A DNA stretch of 64,000 nucleotides from Peribolospora baueri (Eukaryota): contig JAMDHS010000050.1 in assembly GCA_029717555.1 (NCBI GenBank), forward strand, positions 62,001 through 126,000, read 5' to 3'. Of the stretch, positions 38,680-52,092 are shown in pieces (position 1 is the first letter of the stretch; each line of letters starts with the position of its first letter). Under the pieces are notes generated by a model that saw nothing but the letters and a program-made list of their open reading frames with translations, did not search any database and was not told where the DNA came from. Made by a program: the position numbers and the translations under genes.

Positions 38680-38860
38680 TAGTCTGCTTCTACTTGGAGA
38701 GGGGAATGATCTATTTAGGAAGGGGATGTTCTACTTACGAGGGGAAGAATGGTCTACATAAGAGGATGATGGTCTACATACGAGGGGGATGGTGTACATA
38801 AGAGGGGGATGGTCTGGGTCCAAGAGGGAAGGGGGGGGATGGTCTGCTTCAAAGAGAGGT
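38680..38860. repeat. Degenerate 20-27 bp purine-rich minisatellite
   Basis: Units such as ggtctacataagagggggat and gtctgcttctacttggagagggga; reverse-complement relatives at 59460-59590 and 60150-60235. Confidence 0.75.
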
Positions 38861-39562
38861 GAGAGGAATGCCCTGCGTCCGAGGAGGGGGGTAGGTGGGC
38901 GGTGGATGGTCTGTGTCACTTGGGGAGTTACAGGGCTCTGGCTCCTTGCCGTTCTTGGTCACATTGGGAAGAGGTTTCCTTGCCGTTTTTGGTCTCCTCG
39001 GGCAGAGGTCTGCTTCTCTTCTTCTTGGGGGAAAGAAAGGAAGGAGGGAGAGAAGGGGTGGGTATGGAAGGAGATGTGCAGACGACGACAGGCGAATTGC
39101 TCATTTTCTGAGCGCCGCGGTGCGCACCTTTCACAGTCGAGGACATTGTCGTTCACACAGCTTCACACAGTTCCTTCTCTCAAAGTCCGGGACGTGGACA
39201 AACTCTCCGATTCCGTCCCGGACAACTATGTACACTATTGTCGCCTCGTCGTCGCTTGTCTGCACCTAGGCCGCCCGCTGGTGCCGCCGTTACCGCTGAA
39301 AGGTTTGTATTGTCCCGACTTTGGGATGGGGTTTGCAGCCGAGGTCGTGCGGCGGATAGTAAAATGTATTAGAAGGTATGAGAGTCCATGCCGGTTGGTG
39401 GGAATGACCTCTTAAACATGTCGCTTATGAAAAGTGTTCAGGGCCATGACGGTTAGGTGAAGAAGGCCTCGGCCATATCGGCGAGGGTATTGGGCACGTG
39501 TGCAGGGGCGATATCAGGGCTACGGCGAGAAGCAGGCTGAAGCGATAGTGGTGTGCGTGAGC

Positions 39563-39724
39563 GGCCCAGATGCTCTGTGTGGGAACAGGCGATGTGGTTG
39601 AAGCGATAGTAGTAGTGGTCGAGGGCTGCCCAGGTGTGAGACCGGCCCAGATGCTCTGTGTGGGAACAGGCGATGTGGTTGAAGCGATAGTAGTAGTGGT
39701 CGAGGGCTGCCCAGGTGTGAGACC
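39563..39724. repeat. Two-copy 81-bp tandem duplication
   Basis: ggcccagatgctctgtgtggg...ccaggtgtgagacc starts at 39563 and again at 39644; identical by eye. Confidence 0.95.
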
Positions 39725-41264
39725 AGGCGCACTGGCTCAAATGGTAGTCAAGTTCTGTGTGAAAACATCGACGATGTTCTGGAATAGTATCCAGAATACG
39801 TATCCAGAATACAAGTTCAGCCTTCCCGCCAAGAGCGAAAGGACTGACTCTTTCAGGACACTTACTTGATATGCCACGGGCGTGTAGCCAGGATAGAGTA
39901 CCATCAGGCGCACCGCGATGGTGAAGATGCCGAAGACTCAGGCGGTGGGATGGGAGCAGGCGCAGGTTCTGATGGAGTCGGTGGCATGGTGTGAAGGTTA
40001 TGGCAAAGCGGGACGAGAGAAGAGAAGGCTTGCCGTAATGGTTATGGAGTAGGGAGAGGAATGGAATCCTGGAGTGAGTTGGCTTGAAGATGGAGGGAGA
40101 GTGGGCGGGGAAACGGGGCTCTTCTTGTACTTTCTTCTTGGGACTGGACCGCTCTTCGTTCATGACAAGGACCTTTCTTGAGTGTGAATGAGACAATGTC
40201 GCTCGCTGAGTGCGAATGAGACGATGTCCCTTTGGCGTGAGGATGGAAAAGAAAAGACAACGTTTCGACGTTAGTGAGCGTATGCCCGTTCTGAGTTCTC
40301 GATCCAAGGTGAGTACCGGAAGGAGCGAAGGCAGGATTTACGAAAAAAGGTGTCGCTGTACGGAAAGAGTGATTGAAGGAGTCAAGCCAAGGTCGCTGTA
40401 TTGGGAAGGAAGGACGGAAGGAAGGACGAGAACATTTCCGTGTGCGGTTCACTCCACGCTCGATTCGATTCGATCAGTCACAACATGCCAACCAAGTCCG
40501 GATGGCTCCCGGTTGCGATTGCGCACGTATGTGTGTGTACTGGGACTGTTCTTGCCGCTTCTTTGCGTACCGCTCATTCCAGACGAGTTCGGTATTTGCG
40601 CCAAGCTTGGAGCAGGGTGCTCAGTTGTGGGAGCTGGGAGCCGACGGGGCATACAGAGAGGAGAGCTCAGCCCTACGAGGGGAATGAGCGCCTATGGGTT
40701 CCGCTCAGCTTAAGTGGTGCTGAATGTGTCTATCTCTTTCTCATCTTGTGCAGCTCATGCTTCCTTGCAATTTGCATCCCAAAAGTATTCATCAAGGCTC
40801 ACTGTGTGGCGGAAACTACTGGTGTGTTTATTCGGGGAAGAGGTGCTCTCCCAAAGAGAGGGACACGGCCTCTTTATAAATACCATACATACACGGGAGA
40901 CGGCGGGGTGAGGCAGGCCAGTCCTGACTTCTCAATCCAAGGTGAGCATTGCATAGACAAGAAAGGAAAACGTACAGACAGCATCACTCCGGATCGATGG
41001 AAGTAGACTGGTATTGGATGCTACGGAAGAAAAATTCGCATATAGATTACAATGGGAGATGGGGAGAGCGTGTCGAAGGGATATCCAACTGACCAGCGGA
41101 TGCAGGGCAAGAAAGGAAGGAGCGCTGGTCGACGTCTTTGCCCTTCACCCACCTGGGCCCTCCTCAGTCCTGGTGTTCGCGCCTCCTCAAAGCCCACATG
41201 CTTCTCCACGCTCCCAAGTCGGACCGGCCTTGGCTTCTAACGCTGCAGACATGGGCGAACGCCT

Positions 41265-44200
41265 TCACATGTCCTGAGCCTGAGGAGCCTGAGCACTGTC
41301 TGGCTCAGGAGGGAATTCTCCTAAACCTGTTGTACCTTTCACCAACAGGCCCAGCGTCTCTCCCATGCGGAGAAGAAACGCACGCAGCGCCGCTCGGGTC
41401 GTAGGAGCCAGTTCACGCTCGAGGAGGGCGACCGACAGGGGATAGAACTCGGACAGATGTTGCGACAACTGCGAAACGGTAAAAGAGAGAGGTTCAGGCC
41501 GTGCACAACGGAAAACGGGCCAGCACCTATGAGAAAGGAAGCGTGGCACTCACGCTCTCATCGTCGAAACAGCAGAAACCATGCAAGATTTCTACCACGA
41601 CCGGCGTCCAAGCTGCGATATTGCGCGTCTGCGTCTCTGCGTCCAGTGTGATGAAGCCTCGGAGAACATCGCTGCCGAGACTGCAGTATGGATGAGACAC
41701 GATACGATGTTCAAGGAAGTAACCGATGAGCACACGCACTGTGCGACAATCTCGAGGGCGACGACAGCAACGACAAAAACTCACGGCATGAACTGCTCTT
41801 CGACCTTGCCCTTGGCTTCCCGGTGTCCCGGACGCTCGTCCTCGTGCATACGGATGAGGACGTGCACGAGCGTCGCCGCGCTCGAGCTCTCCTGCTTGAG
41901 CAGGTTCGGCAGCTGCTTCATGAAGCCGACCTTCCAGAGGGCCATGCGCAGCTCCTTGTCTGCATTGAAGCGCTTCGCGAACCTGTACGAGTCGTCCAGG
42001 ACGCCCAACAGTCGCAGCAGCTGATCTGCGGGTATGGTTTCGTATACCTCCGAGTTTTGTAGCAGCTCGTGCGTCGTCTCGATGAGCAGCAACTGCAAGA
42101 CGCATTTGACGATGACTTGCTTGAAGATACGTCTGCGGTCCGACGGTGCAGTTGGAGCCGATGCTGTCGGCAACGCCGTGTACGGCATGGCCGGCGTGGT
42201 GGGAGATAGTGGAGTGAGACCGTTTACATGTAGACCTGTGGGGCGATATGGCGAACGTTAGCTTCTCACTTTTAGCAACGTCTGCTTCTTGATGAAGACA
42301 CATACCCTGGTCCGCCCCCGCCGCAGGTGATATCGGGCTTGCTGGAACGCTGGAATCGACACGCAAGCTGGGGTCGAACAGCTGGTGCGCTGTGGTGGTG
42401 CGGAACAGCTGCACGAATGTCGTGACGACCGTCTCCCACTGCTCAGCATCAAGCTTGCGCACGTTCTTTTCGAGCAGCTGCTGCAGACAAGACGTGCCTA
42501 TCCGGGCGAGCGTGTCGTTTTCTGAGAAGCGTAGAAAGGGTTGTGAGAACGCCTGCTACAGCATGCGGCCGCAGTCAGTGCGCAAATGCGTAGGTGCTTA
42601 CCCTGACAGATGCAAGCACAGAGAAGCTCAAGCAATCCATCCAACATTCGAGCCAATGTCTCGAAGAAAAAAGTCCAAAGGTCGATCACGTTCCTCAACG
42701 CCTGAATCATCGTTGTGCTCAGCCAGACGCTCATGTCCTCCTGCGTGCTGAACCTGCTGACATCTTGCTTGCTCCGCAGAACCGCAAAGATGGGGAAGAG
42801 CACTTCTTGGCAGACTGTGTCCCAGAAATCAGGCCGGAAGGTTGCCCCGTGCTTCTTCAAGGTCTCGAAGAGGGAGTCAAGGGCGACACGCCGCACCTCG
42901 AGGTCCTCGCCGTTCATAATAATGTCGTAAAAGCTGAAGAGGGCGGGGAACCAGAAACGAACCATGGGGTCGTCTATCGGCGGCGTCGTCGGTGCCAGAT
43001 CTGGCACAGTATCGGCGGAGACGGGGCAGAGCGGACTTGCGAGCATCTTCGGAACGACACCTCGCAGCATCTCAATGGAATGTAGTGAGACCTTCTGGTA
43101 CTTGCTGAGCTTGCAGAAGTCGGTGATGCAGACGGTCAGGTCAGCAAAGGAGCCGTATTCGACGATCTTATCGAAATGCTCCGCATTCAGCTGCTGAACG
43201 ATATCGAAGCCGTAGCTCGCAATTCGTTCTAGGGCCGCACGGAAACGTCACACGGGTCAGCAGGCACGGATAGATTCATTTAGAGGTTATGAAGTCAGCT
43301 CACCAGTCTCTGCTTTCGACGCTGCACCAAAGACGCCGAACATTGTTCGCCAGCCGGAGCGCATGTTCTGCACCCGGCTCTGGATCATTTGTTGCAAGCA
43401 TTGCAAGACCTGTCACGGCAACAAGACGGCGATGACGCTCGTCAGCAAAGCATACGCGTCAAGGAGCTCGAGTGTGGCGAGACAACGCTCACCATTTCCC
43501 GTACGTCCGGATTAGTATTATGAACCATCGCATATTCGAACGGCTTCAGGAAGTCCTTCTGGAACTTGAAGTGTGACAACTCTTCTTTCTCCAAAAAGCG
43601 CATAGATAGCTGTCGGAGGGCATCCAGTGCGAAAAAGCTGACGTTCGGATTGGCATGGCAGCAGACCTGTAGAGAGCGAAAGCGGAAGCCCGCTCGATGA
43701 GACGATGCCGTCGATAGCATAGCAGACATACGGGTCCCTCACTCACCTGGTTGAAATGTTGGCCAAGGATGTTCCAGATGCCCGACCATTCGATACGAAT
43801 GCGACCCATATTGTAATAAGATATCTCCACCAGCTTCTGCAGGCTGAACAGCCGTGGGCTGTCCGACAGACCGGAGGACTGGATCTCTTCCCAAGACACA
43901 TCGCTGAGGGACTGAACGAAGTCGACGATGGCGGTCTGGACATATGGTGGAGAAGGTGATGAGCTTCCACGCACAAGAACAGCCTAAGCAACAACTCAGC
44001 GAGCGCTTACCCCAGAGAGGTTCTTTGACGATGAAAAGATCATATCTGCCGCAATAGTGACCTCGGATGAACCGCCCGCGATGGCCACCTCTTCGGTCGG
44101 CATGCTTGGTTTAGATCGCTGCGACTGTGCCGAGCTCCGCCTTCTGTCCGTCGTAAGCCAGGATACAGAAATGATCAGTCGAGCGCTTTTGCTGCAGGGA

Positions 44201-47200
44201 TAAAGGACAAGCCACACTCACGGTTGCCTTCCGAGCTGAGGCAGGCTGTCCTGATCCACACCGTTGCTGATGAGCTGGAACCGTTCGAGCTGACTGACGC
44301 ACGTCAACACCTCCCTCCAACTTCCTTTGAGGTAGTTGCCCTCTGTCGCGGCGACGCCAAAGAGCGCCTTGATAGCCTCAACGTTCTTCGGCTTCATTTC
44401 TCCGAGATTGTTCAGGAAGGTGAACTTGGCCAGTGTAGTCACGAACGCGTTGCGTTCGAGTTCCATGCCGAACAGACAGACGATGTGGATCGCGTGACGG
44501 AAGCCTTCCAAGCACAGCTGCACGATCTCCATGTCGTCCGAGTCTTGGAGCGGACCGGACACGCCAGCGAGGAAGGCCATCCAGGCGACTTCGAACATTG
44601 GCTTGACGTGCTCGAAGTGGGACGCCGAGAAGAACTGGTCATTCGACTTGCCGCCTCGACGCTGGTTGCGCACCATGGTGCGGAAGAGCGCTTCCGACTT
44701 GTTGGCCATCGTCTCAGACTGCAGCACGTACGCCTCCCGCTGCAGATCACGCCCGACAGCGGCGATCGCATTGGCGAAACCGGCACCTCCCGAGGTCGGC
44801 GTTCGAGCGACCGCGACCTCGTCCTTCATCTTGATCTCGTTCGTCTGAATGTCGTTGTAGATCCTTATCAGGAAATCTTCGGGTAGATTCTTTCCATCGT
44901 CAATACCGCGGTTATTCTTGACGAAATCCTGAGCGGTCATTCGACTCTTGACTTGCGGGTTGTGCGCGTCCGTGTTGAGCATGATGACCGAGTAGGCCAA
45001 TACGTATGCCGTATCTGGGAGGTACAAGAGAAAAACAAATGAGAAGGAATGAGCCCTTGGACCGAAATTTCGAAACATTTACGGGGGAAATGGGCTCACC
45101 TGCGTTGGCAAACGCCCGTGGGTTGCCCGCCACATACCGCTCGGCGAACTTGAGCATGAAGCGATCGATCTTCTGCGCCTCGCCCGGTAGCCGGAAACTC
45201 TGCAAGAAGGTGCGCAGAGCTTCAAGGAAGGATACGTTCTCAAAGTCCATAAAGTCGACAAAGGCGTGCATGATTGCGATGTTTTCCGGGTCGCTGTGGG
45301 GTAAGCGAAGCACCACCGCGTATTGAGCTCAACCGGTCGTCCGGCAATCCCCTCATGAATGCTCGAGACGCTCACCCTTCCCCGAGATATTCTCCAATCT
45401 GCCCCTTGCTGAGGCCATCGGCGAAGAGTAGGAATCGGGCGATCTCTCGAGGGTCAGAAGAGCGAATGAAGCCGTTCTCCAGAAGATATTGGATGCCCTG
45501 CAGATTTCAACGGCGATGTGAATCAGCTATCGTCGGTCAACACCGTACTATGCCAGACGATCAGCGACCAACCCGTTTCGGCTTGAAGTTGAAGCGCTTA
45601 AAACCTTCCAAGAGAGTTGTCTTCCGCTGCTTGGCACTCTCGAACCGACTCGGATCGTCCATAGCATCAGGTGTCGCGATGCCTGTCGGCGTCACAGAGC
45701 CGCTAGTGGACAGAGACGTCATCGCGCCGTCCGCGCTGGGTGACCGCGTATACGCCATACTTGCACGGGTGGAAATTGAATCGAGCGAAGCGCTCGTTGG
45801 AAGTCCCGAGCCATCCTCGCTCCGTCTGGACAAGCTGGTGGCCTCGACATCGCCTTCCTCTCCACCCATCGCCGCGGTCTCTACGGTCACTTCCGAGCGA
45901 CGCGACCATACGACGAGAGAGCGTAGGACCGCGACGAGGCATTCTAAGCTTTGGCGCTTCACGCGGACCTCCAGAGGCTGCCCAGCATGTGCAGGCGACT
46001 CGACGGCCGACGGTGCGCCGTTCGACACGGGGGTGCCGTTCGGAAGTGGCGACGACGGTTTCGCCGCGGCCGCAGCGTCCTCGTTCGGGCCGCTAGCCAC
46101 ACCAGGTACGGAGTGCGTCGCAGTGAGCTTACTGATGATGTTCATCAGCCGTTCATAGATGTTATCCAGAGCCGTCCGATCGCAGTCATAATTGAGGTAT
46201 ATCTCGACGAGCGCTTGCGGATCGTTGGAAAGACGAGCAAAAACGCTGAGGAGCCGTGATTTTTGAGCAAAAGTGGCCGTACGCATTTCGAGGATCGGCA
46301 GGAAGATCTCGTTGAGGAGGACCTCAATCTCTTTCTGTAAAGTTTGAAAGAATCAAAAAAGGCGGAACAAATGGGCACCACAATCAGCGCGCTAGCCCTA
46401 GCTTCCCGGACTCACAAGACATGAAGATGGACGGAAGACCTACCTTCATCTTCGTACGCATGCCCGACAGCACCTTCCAAAAGATCTCGCAACTGAGCTC
46501 AAAGACCTGCATGACGCTGCTGATCGCATTACGACTCAACGCCAAACAAAGATACTGCTTCACGGCCTGCACGAATGGCGTCTGCTCGCGAGTGCTGGCC
46601 GAGTGAATGAGCACGTTGGGATCGATGAAGAGGGGAAGATGCGAGTTGAGGATGGTCAGGATGAGTTGCAAGGAGAGGAGCTTGGATCGCATGGCGTGCG
46701 ACTTCAAATCTCGTTCGCTGCATTCGTAAAAAGCGCAGACGACAAATTGGGTCAGGACGCCAGCGCAAAATGCAAAAGCACACAGACCCACACCCAGAGC
46801 GCTCACCTCTCGCTGCCGATCGGCTTCATACTGAGCTTGCAGAGCGCTCTAAAGACGAGGAAGGCGTCCTTGACGAACAATTCCTGCTCGCTGATGAGTG
46901 GACCGGATTGGCCGTCCGCCGTGGAAGCGCCCAGGATTCCGAGAGCCGCAGTGGAAGCGTTCGGGTCATCTGCGCCGGCGGGAAGGGCATCGAAAGACTT
47001 GCGGGCCTCCATGGACCGCCTGGACCAGGCCAAAGCGATGAAAAGTGCACCATGGTCAGAAACAGACTGCATCCGCTCTTCAAAGCTCAGGCACCGAGGC
47101 CGAAAATGTTTTGCCCGCTGCGCCCTGAGCCCTTCCGGTCGCGATCTGCCCAGTTCCAAGCTACTCACAAGGTGACCTTCTCCCTTTCTCCCTCAGCCGT

Positions 47201-48751
47201 GGCACCTTCATCTTCTTCCTTACGACTCTCAGCATCTCCATCGGTCTCCGGAACCGTCGTGGCCATAGTGCTGGTCTCAGCCTCGCCTCCGTCGTTGGCG
47301 GTGGTCGTCTCCGAAATGGAAGCAGTCGGAGCAGAGCTGGGCGCGGCGGACGTCGTGCTCGTCACGGTCCTCACCGTGTCCTCGCTCGACCTTCCCTCGT
47401 TTTCTCGGGCTGAGAAACCGACGGACGGATTGGACACACTCTCCTCCTGCTGCTGGCCCCGGCCTTTGACCCTGCCGAACACGGCTTCCACCATCTGGCC
47501 GAGCGCACCCTGAGCGACGCTCCTCTCTACGTTGCCCTTGCTCATAAGGAAGACGTTATACACCGTCCGTACGGCCTTGAGAAGAGAGCCCTGATGGACG
47601 TGTACGTTGGGAGATAGGACGGTGGAGAGGAGCGCCTTGATGATTTGGAGCTGTACGGAGGCGTCGATGGTCTCGGTAAAGCAGTCGCATATCACGTCCG
47701 TGACCAAGTCGGCTAGCGGTCGAGTAGCCGGGGCCGGAACGGGAGGTAAAGGTCCAGTAGCTGTGGTGGGGGTATCGGTATCGGCGCCGGGCGGGCCCGC
47801 CTGGCTCGTCGCCGTCGCGGCGGCCTGGGCTGCAAATCGGGGTTCGTCCGCAAAGAAGCTGTAGCTGACGAGCTTGCCGATGCAATCAAGAGCGGTGATC
47901 ATGAGGGGTGTACTGCGCGTCTCGCAGGCCAGACGGAGAGGCTCGAAAATGACCCTCGGGTCGACCTCTCCTGCGCTTCCTCCCGCGGTTCCGTCTCTGA
48001 CCATTTCGAGCGCCTTCTCGGTAGCCGCCTTGAGGTCTGGCGCGGCCTTGCCTTTCCTGGCTTCTCGACTGGAGAGGATGGTCTGAAGAGCGGAGCGCAC
48101 GAAAACGACGGAGACGGACGGAGAGGAGGAGGTGTGCAGCGAGGACGATGTCGAGAGCCTTGGCGTACCGACATGGGATAAAGACGTGGAGGCGCTGGTC
48201 CGAACGGCCTCTCGTCGCCCGTTTTCCGATCTCGGCGGTCGGGGTGGTGAAGTGACGGCGTGCGACGGAGGTGCTTGGGGCGGTAGAGGGCGTTCGTCCT
48301 TGGCCGGGGTGGCAGGCGGGTCGGCGTCCGTGTCATCGTCCTGTTTGCCAGGTGGGACGTCTTCCGGGGCTTCCTCGATACGCCTAGGCTCTACCTCGTC
48401 CCGTCTTCCCACTCCGTCATCGACGCCGTCAACAGCCCCCACCACCTCTTCTTCCTCCGCACGTGGACCCAACACCCGCTCCTCACTCGTCCTCTCCACC
48501 ACGATGTCCGGCACGGGGATCGCCGCGGGGAGGCGCGGCTTATCATCAGCATCGGCTGCGACTGTGTCTTCCGGACCAGTCAACTTTCCTTCCTCCGTCG
48601 CATCTTCCGGGTTTCCCTCCTGACCGTCCGCGTCCTTCAGTGGCTGCTGAGCTTCTGGCGGTGCCGTCTCATTGGTATCGTCGTCGGCCTGGGGCGGGGG
48701 ATCCTTGGCGACAGTGTCGTGGGCGTCGTCCGGAGCAGACTCCGGATCCAT
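41265..48751 (-). CDS. SEC7: Sec7/BIG-type large ARF guanine-nucleotide exchange factor; many exons
   Basis: DCB region ([24 protein letters not shown]); HUS box (YLNYDCD); Sec7 domain [12 protein letters not shown] and [18 protein letters not shown] regions ([35 protein letters not shown]). Confidence 0.97.
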
Positions 48752-49261
48752 ATTGGCGCTGTCGTACTTCAGACGGCGTTCGAGGATCGGGGTGCCGTGC
48801 CGAAGATGAAGACGGTCTGTCTGTCTGTCGACGCCGGCGGAATGGATGAGAGGGATGGGAAGTGCGAGACGGTCGAGAAGAGCTTCGGGACGTCTCAAGC
48901 GGCGAGCAATGTCGGCGCGCACGTGGCTCGCCGCAGCCTCAGCTGAGCGAACCCCAGGAGTAAATGAGCTGAAGCACGCAAATAGCAATCAAGTGAAGTG
49001 GGATGATGTAACGTGATAGATACGACTTGTCGACCACCATGTCTTCCTTTCCAGTGGCCAGTGACGACGGGTTCCGTCTTTGCCCATTTGGGAGCATGCC
49101 CTCCATTATGAATGATGGCTTTCGTTACAAAGGTCGTCTCGCTCGCTAACGCTAACGTTCTTCACCAACGTACACTCAAGCCAAGCCAAGCCAAGCCGGA
49201 TGGGCAAATCTGATCCTCCGCTGCGACAACGAAAAAAAGGCTCATCACACGCCCCCCCACA

Positions 49262-52092
49262 TCAAACAAAATTGAAAGGGTTGATGGGGTTGCCCTTGGT
49301 TAGGACGCCCTTGAGGTAAGCCGCGCTGAGCTTGGGCGTCCGAACCTGCGTGGCAAAGTTGTTGTGCACGAGGCCAAAGTCGATGGCAAAGCCCTCGCTC
49401 CACTCTGGACGGTTCCAAGGAGGGGGGAGGGCAGACCGGATGAGCCATCGAAGCCATCGACCGGAACGGCCTACTTCGATCAGTATACAAGAGGGACCCA
49501 CCAAGGTTGGAGATGCAAGACCACGGAACAAAGCCGACGACTGGGAGGCCGTCATCGAGCGCAAGCTTTATGTTGTTCAAGGTGCTCCGATACCAACTGC
49601 GCGCGTGGGACCATCGTCGGAAAAAAAGGCGACATCGTCAACTTTGAGCACGCCCGCCTAGATAGACAGCCAACCCCCAGAAATCGTTTCACGAACAAAA
49701 CGCTCACTCAATGCGGTCGACGTCGTCCACAATCTGCGCAAGCGGCAACTGCGTTTCGTTCAACACGCCCATGCCATTTTCGCTGAGGATCAGTGGCTTT
49801 GCGCCCCACCTGCCAAGCCAACCAACACGCCGCCAAGAGAAGGAGAAATGTGGCAGCTGTCAGAAGGCACTTTTTTTTTTTTTCGTCTCGGGAATGATGG
49901 AGAACAGTACGGAAGGGTGCTCGCCTGTCGTGAAAGTATTTGAGGCCGTCATACGTCGTCGAGTTGACCAAGAAATTCCAGGTCGATTGGGTGGGGTGGC
50001 CGATGAGGGCATTGGTGTACGGGTTCACGTTGTATGAGTTGATGCTGCACATCGATTGTCGGCAATGATCCCATCGCGAGTGAGCGAGCGAAAACACTGA
50101 AACGACCCCGGTCGTGTCCGCTCACCATTCGGGCCAGGCGGCGTTGCTAGGGTCTTCGGCACACCCAGGGATGCTCTCGACCCACTGAGACGTGTAACCA
50201 TCGAATCCCAGAAAGTCAGCCGAGCCTTTCAAAAGTTCGCTCTCCGCATTTGTAAAGTTCTTCAGTCGGTCTCCCATCGTCTCCCGCATCACTGGAGGAT
50301 AGTCGCCCGTATAGACGGGAGCGACATCCCAGCCCATCTAAAACGGAAAAAAGGGCAATACATATCGACGTCAAGCTCAGAACCAGACACAGGCGCGGGC
50401 GGTGTGCCGTCTTGCTCACCTCGAAATCGTTCGCCCTTGCCACAGCCGCTTGGTCGCTCTTGCTCGTGGCATTCAAGGGGATGGCCGGCTGACAAAAAGC
50501 CAAAAAAGACACATGTGCATAACCTTTTTAGTAACAGTCAACCCGCTCATGATGTCAAGGCGGGCTCGGCGACCCACCGAACCGTCCACTTTGATCCCGA
50601 TCTTGCCCTTGTACCCTCCCTTGCGGAACACGTCGACGGCATTGGCGTGAGCCAAAAGAGCATGATGCATGCAGGTGCTGAAGAACGCAGACCGAGGAGA
50701 GACGATGAGCTCGATATTCGATGGACGGGATAGCCCCTACGGTCCGCTCACAAAACATCGTCGATGGGGCCCACGAATCCCGGCGCGGAAACAGGTGTCG
50801 GTCCGAAGCCCTGCGGTGGGGGATGATGGAGGGTTAGCGGTCGAGTGAGGCAAATGCGGGCGATGAACGGAAAGAGCCTCACCTCCGTGCCTGGTTGGAA
50901 GCGAGAGGCGAGGACGACGCGGATAGGACAGCGACGCAACAACCCGCAAGTTTAAATCTCGGCGCTAGAAAAATGGCTCGGTCTATGCCCATTCAAGAGA
51001 CTCACAGAACGTCCTGGGCTCATTCAGGGTGACCCAGTTGTGGCAGACGTCATCCAACGCGTCGAAGACGACCTTGGCGTAGTTGCGAAAATCGGCGATG
51101 ACGTTGGGGGACAACCATCCTTTGTAAGCCGTCTGCAATGCTGGAGGCGGGCGAAGCAAAGGGAGCGAGAGAAAGGACGGTGTGAGATGGTGGTGCTCCT
51201 TGCTTTCACTACCGTCGGTCACCTTGTGGCAGGTCCCAGTGATAGAGAGTGCAATAGGTGTCCATGCTGCCAATGTTCATGCAGGGTCAGCCTTGGTCGA
51301 ACATCGAGATGCGGGGCGCCGCGCTAGGAACAAAAGACGTAGAAGCAGCGCACCCATTCGCCTTGCTTGTCTCGATGACGTTCCGGTAAAAGTCCACGCC
51401 GGCCTTGTTCGGTTCCGTGCCAGTGCCGTTGGGCAAAATGCGGGTCCAGGCGATGGTGAAATCGTAGACGTTCTGGATGAAGGAGGATGAAGTGGAGAGA
51501 CATGGGATGAGGCCAGGAGGCTTTGCACGGCCAGCCTGGCCGGCCTAGTGGAGAGGAGATGAGCACCCACAACATTCAAGGCTTTCTTGAACAGAGGAAG
51601 ATCGGTCTTGTAACGATGACTGTACTCATGTTGGCATACGAGGAAGGCCGTGCACGCGGGTGAAGGCCCGTATGCCAAGAGTTGATCCGCAAGTCGCAAT
51701 CCACTGGCCCGGAGAGAGGAAGACGACAGAGTGGCTCACTAGAAATCATCCGCAACGTCTCCAGTATCATCGTTGGCGATATGACCGTGCCCTTTGTCGT
51801 GAGCAAACACGTCCCAAATGGACAGCCCCTTTCCAGAGACGTTCCACGCGCCCTCGACCTGGTAGGCCGAGGTAGCACAGCCATAGACGAAGCCGTCCGG
51901 CAGGGGTTTGCCGTCGAGATAGAGCTTCGCGGGGTTCGAGCTGGGCTCCTGAACGGCGGTCTCCGCGCCCAGGGAGCGCTCGAAGCCGAAGACGGACTCT
52001 TGCGTCGATGGAGGGAGCTTGACGGCGGCGGCGGCGTCCAAGGCGGAGCTCGCGAGAAGGGCGGCGAGAAGGGGAGAGAGTGAGGAGCGCAT
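49262..52092 (-). CDS. Glycoside hydrolase family 1 beta-glycosidase with an N-terminal signal peptide; many exons
   Basis: Signal MRSSLSPLLAALLASSALDAAAA; FVYGCATSAYQVEGAW; TLYHWDLPQ; acid/base WVTLNEP; nucleophile ILSENG; SNL|EWSEGFAIDFGLVH. Confidence 0.92.

Larger units (their letters stand above)
38583..40703 (-). mobile_element. Repeat-family copy 1: putative non-autonomous element with a decayed gene and inverted end motifs
   Basis: Colinear reverse-complement similarity to 57650-60240 (39265-39515 vs 58575-58830; 40110-40330 vs 57920-58120; 40470-40590 vs 57650-57750); perfect 16-bp inverted repeat 38583-38598 / 40662-40677. Confidence 0.6.
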
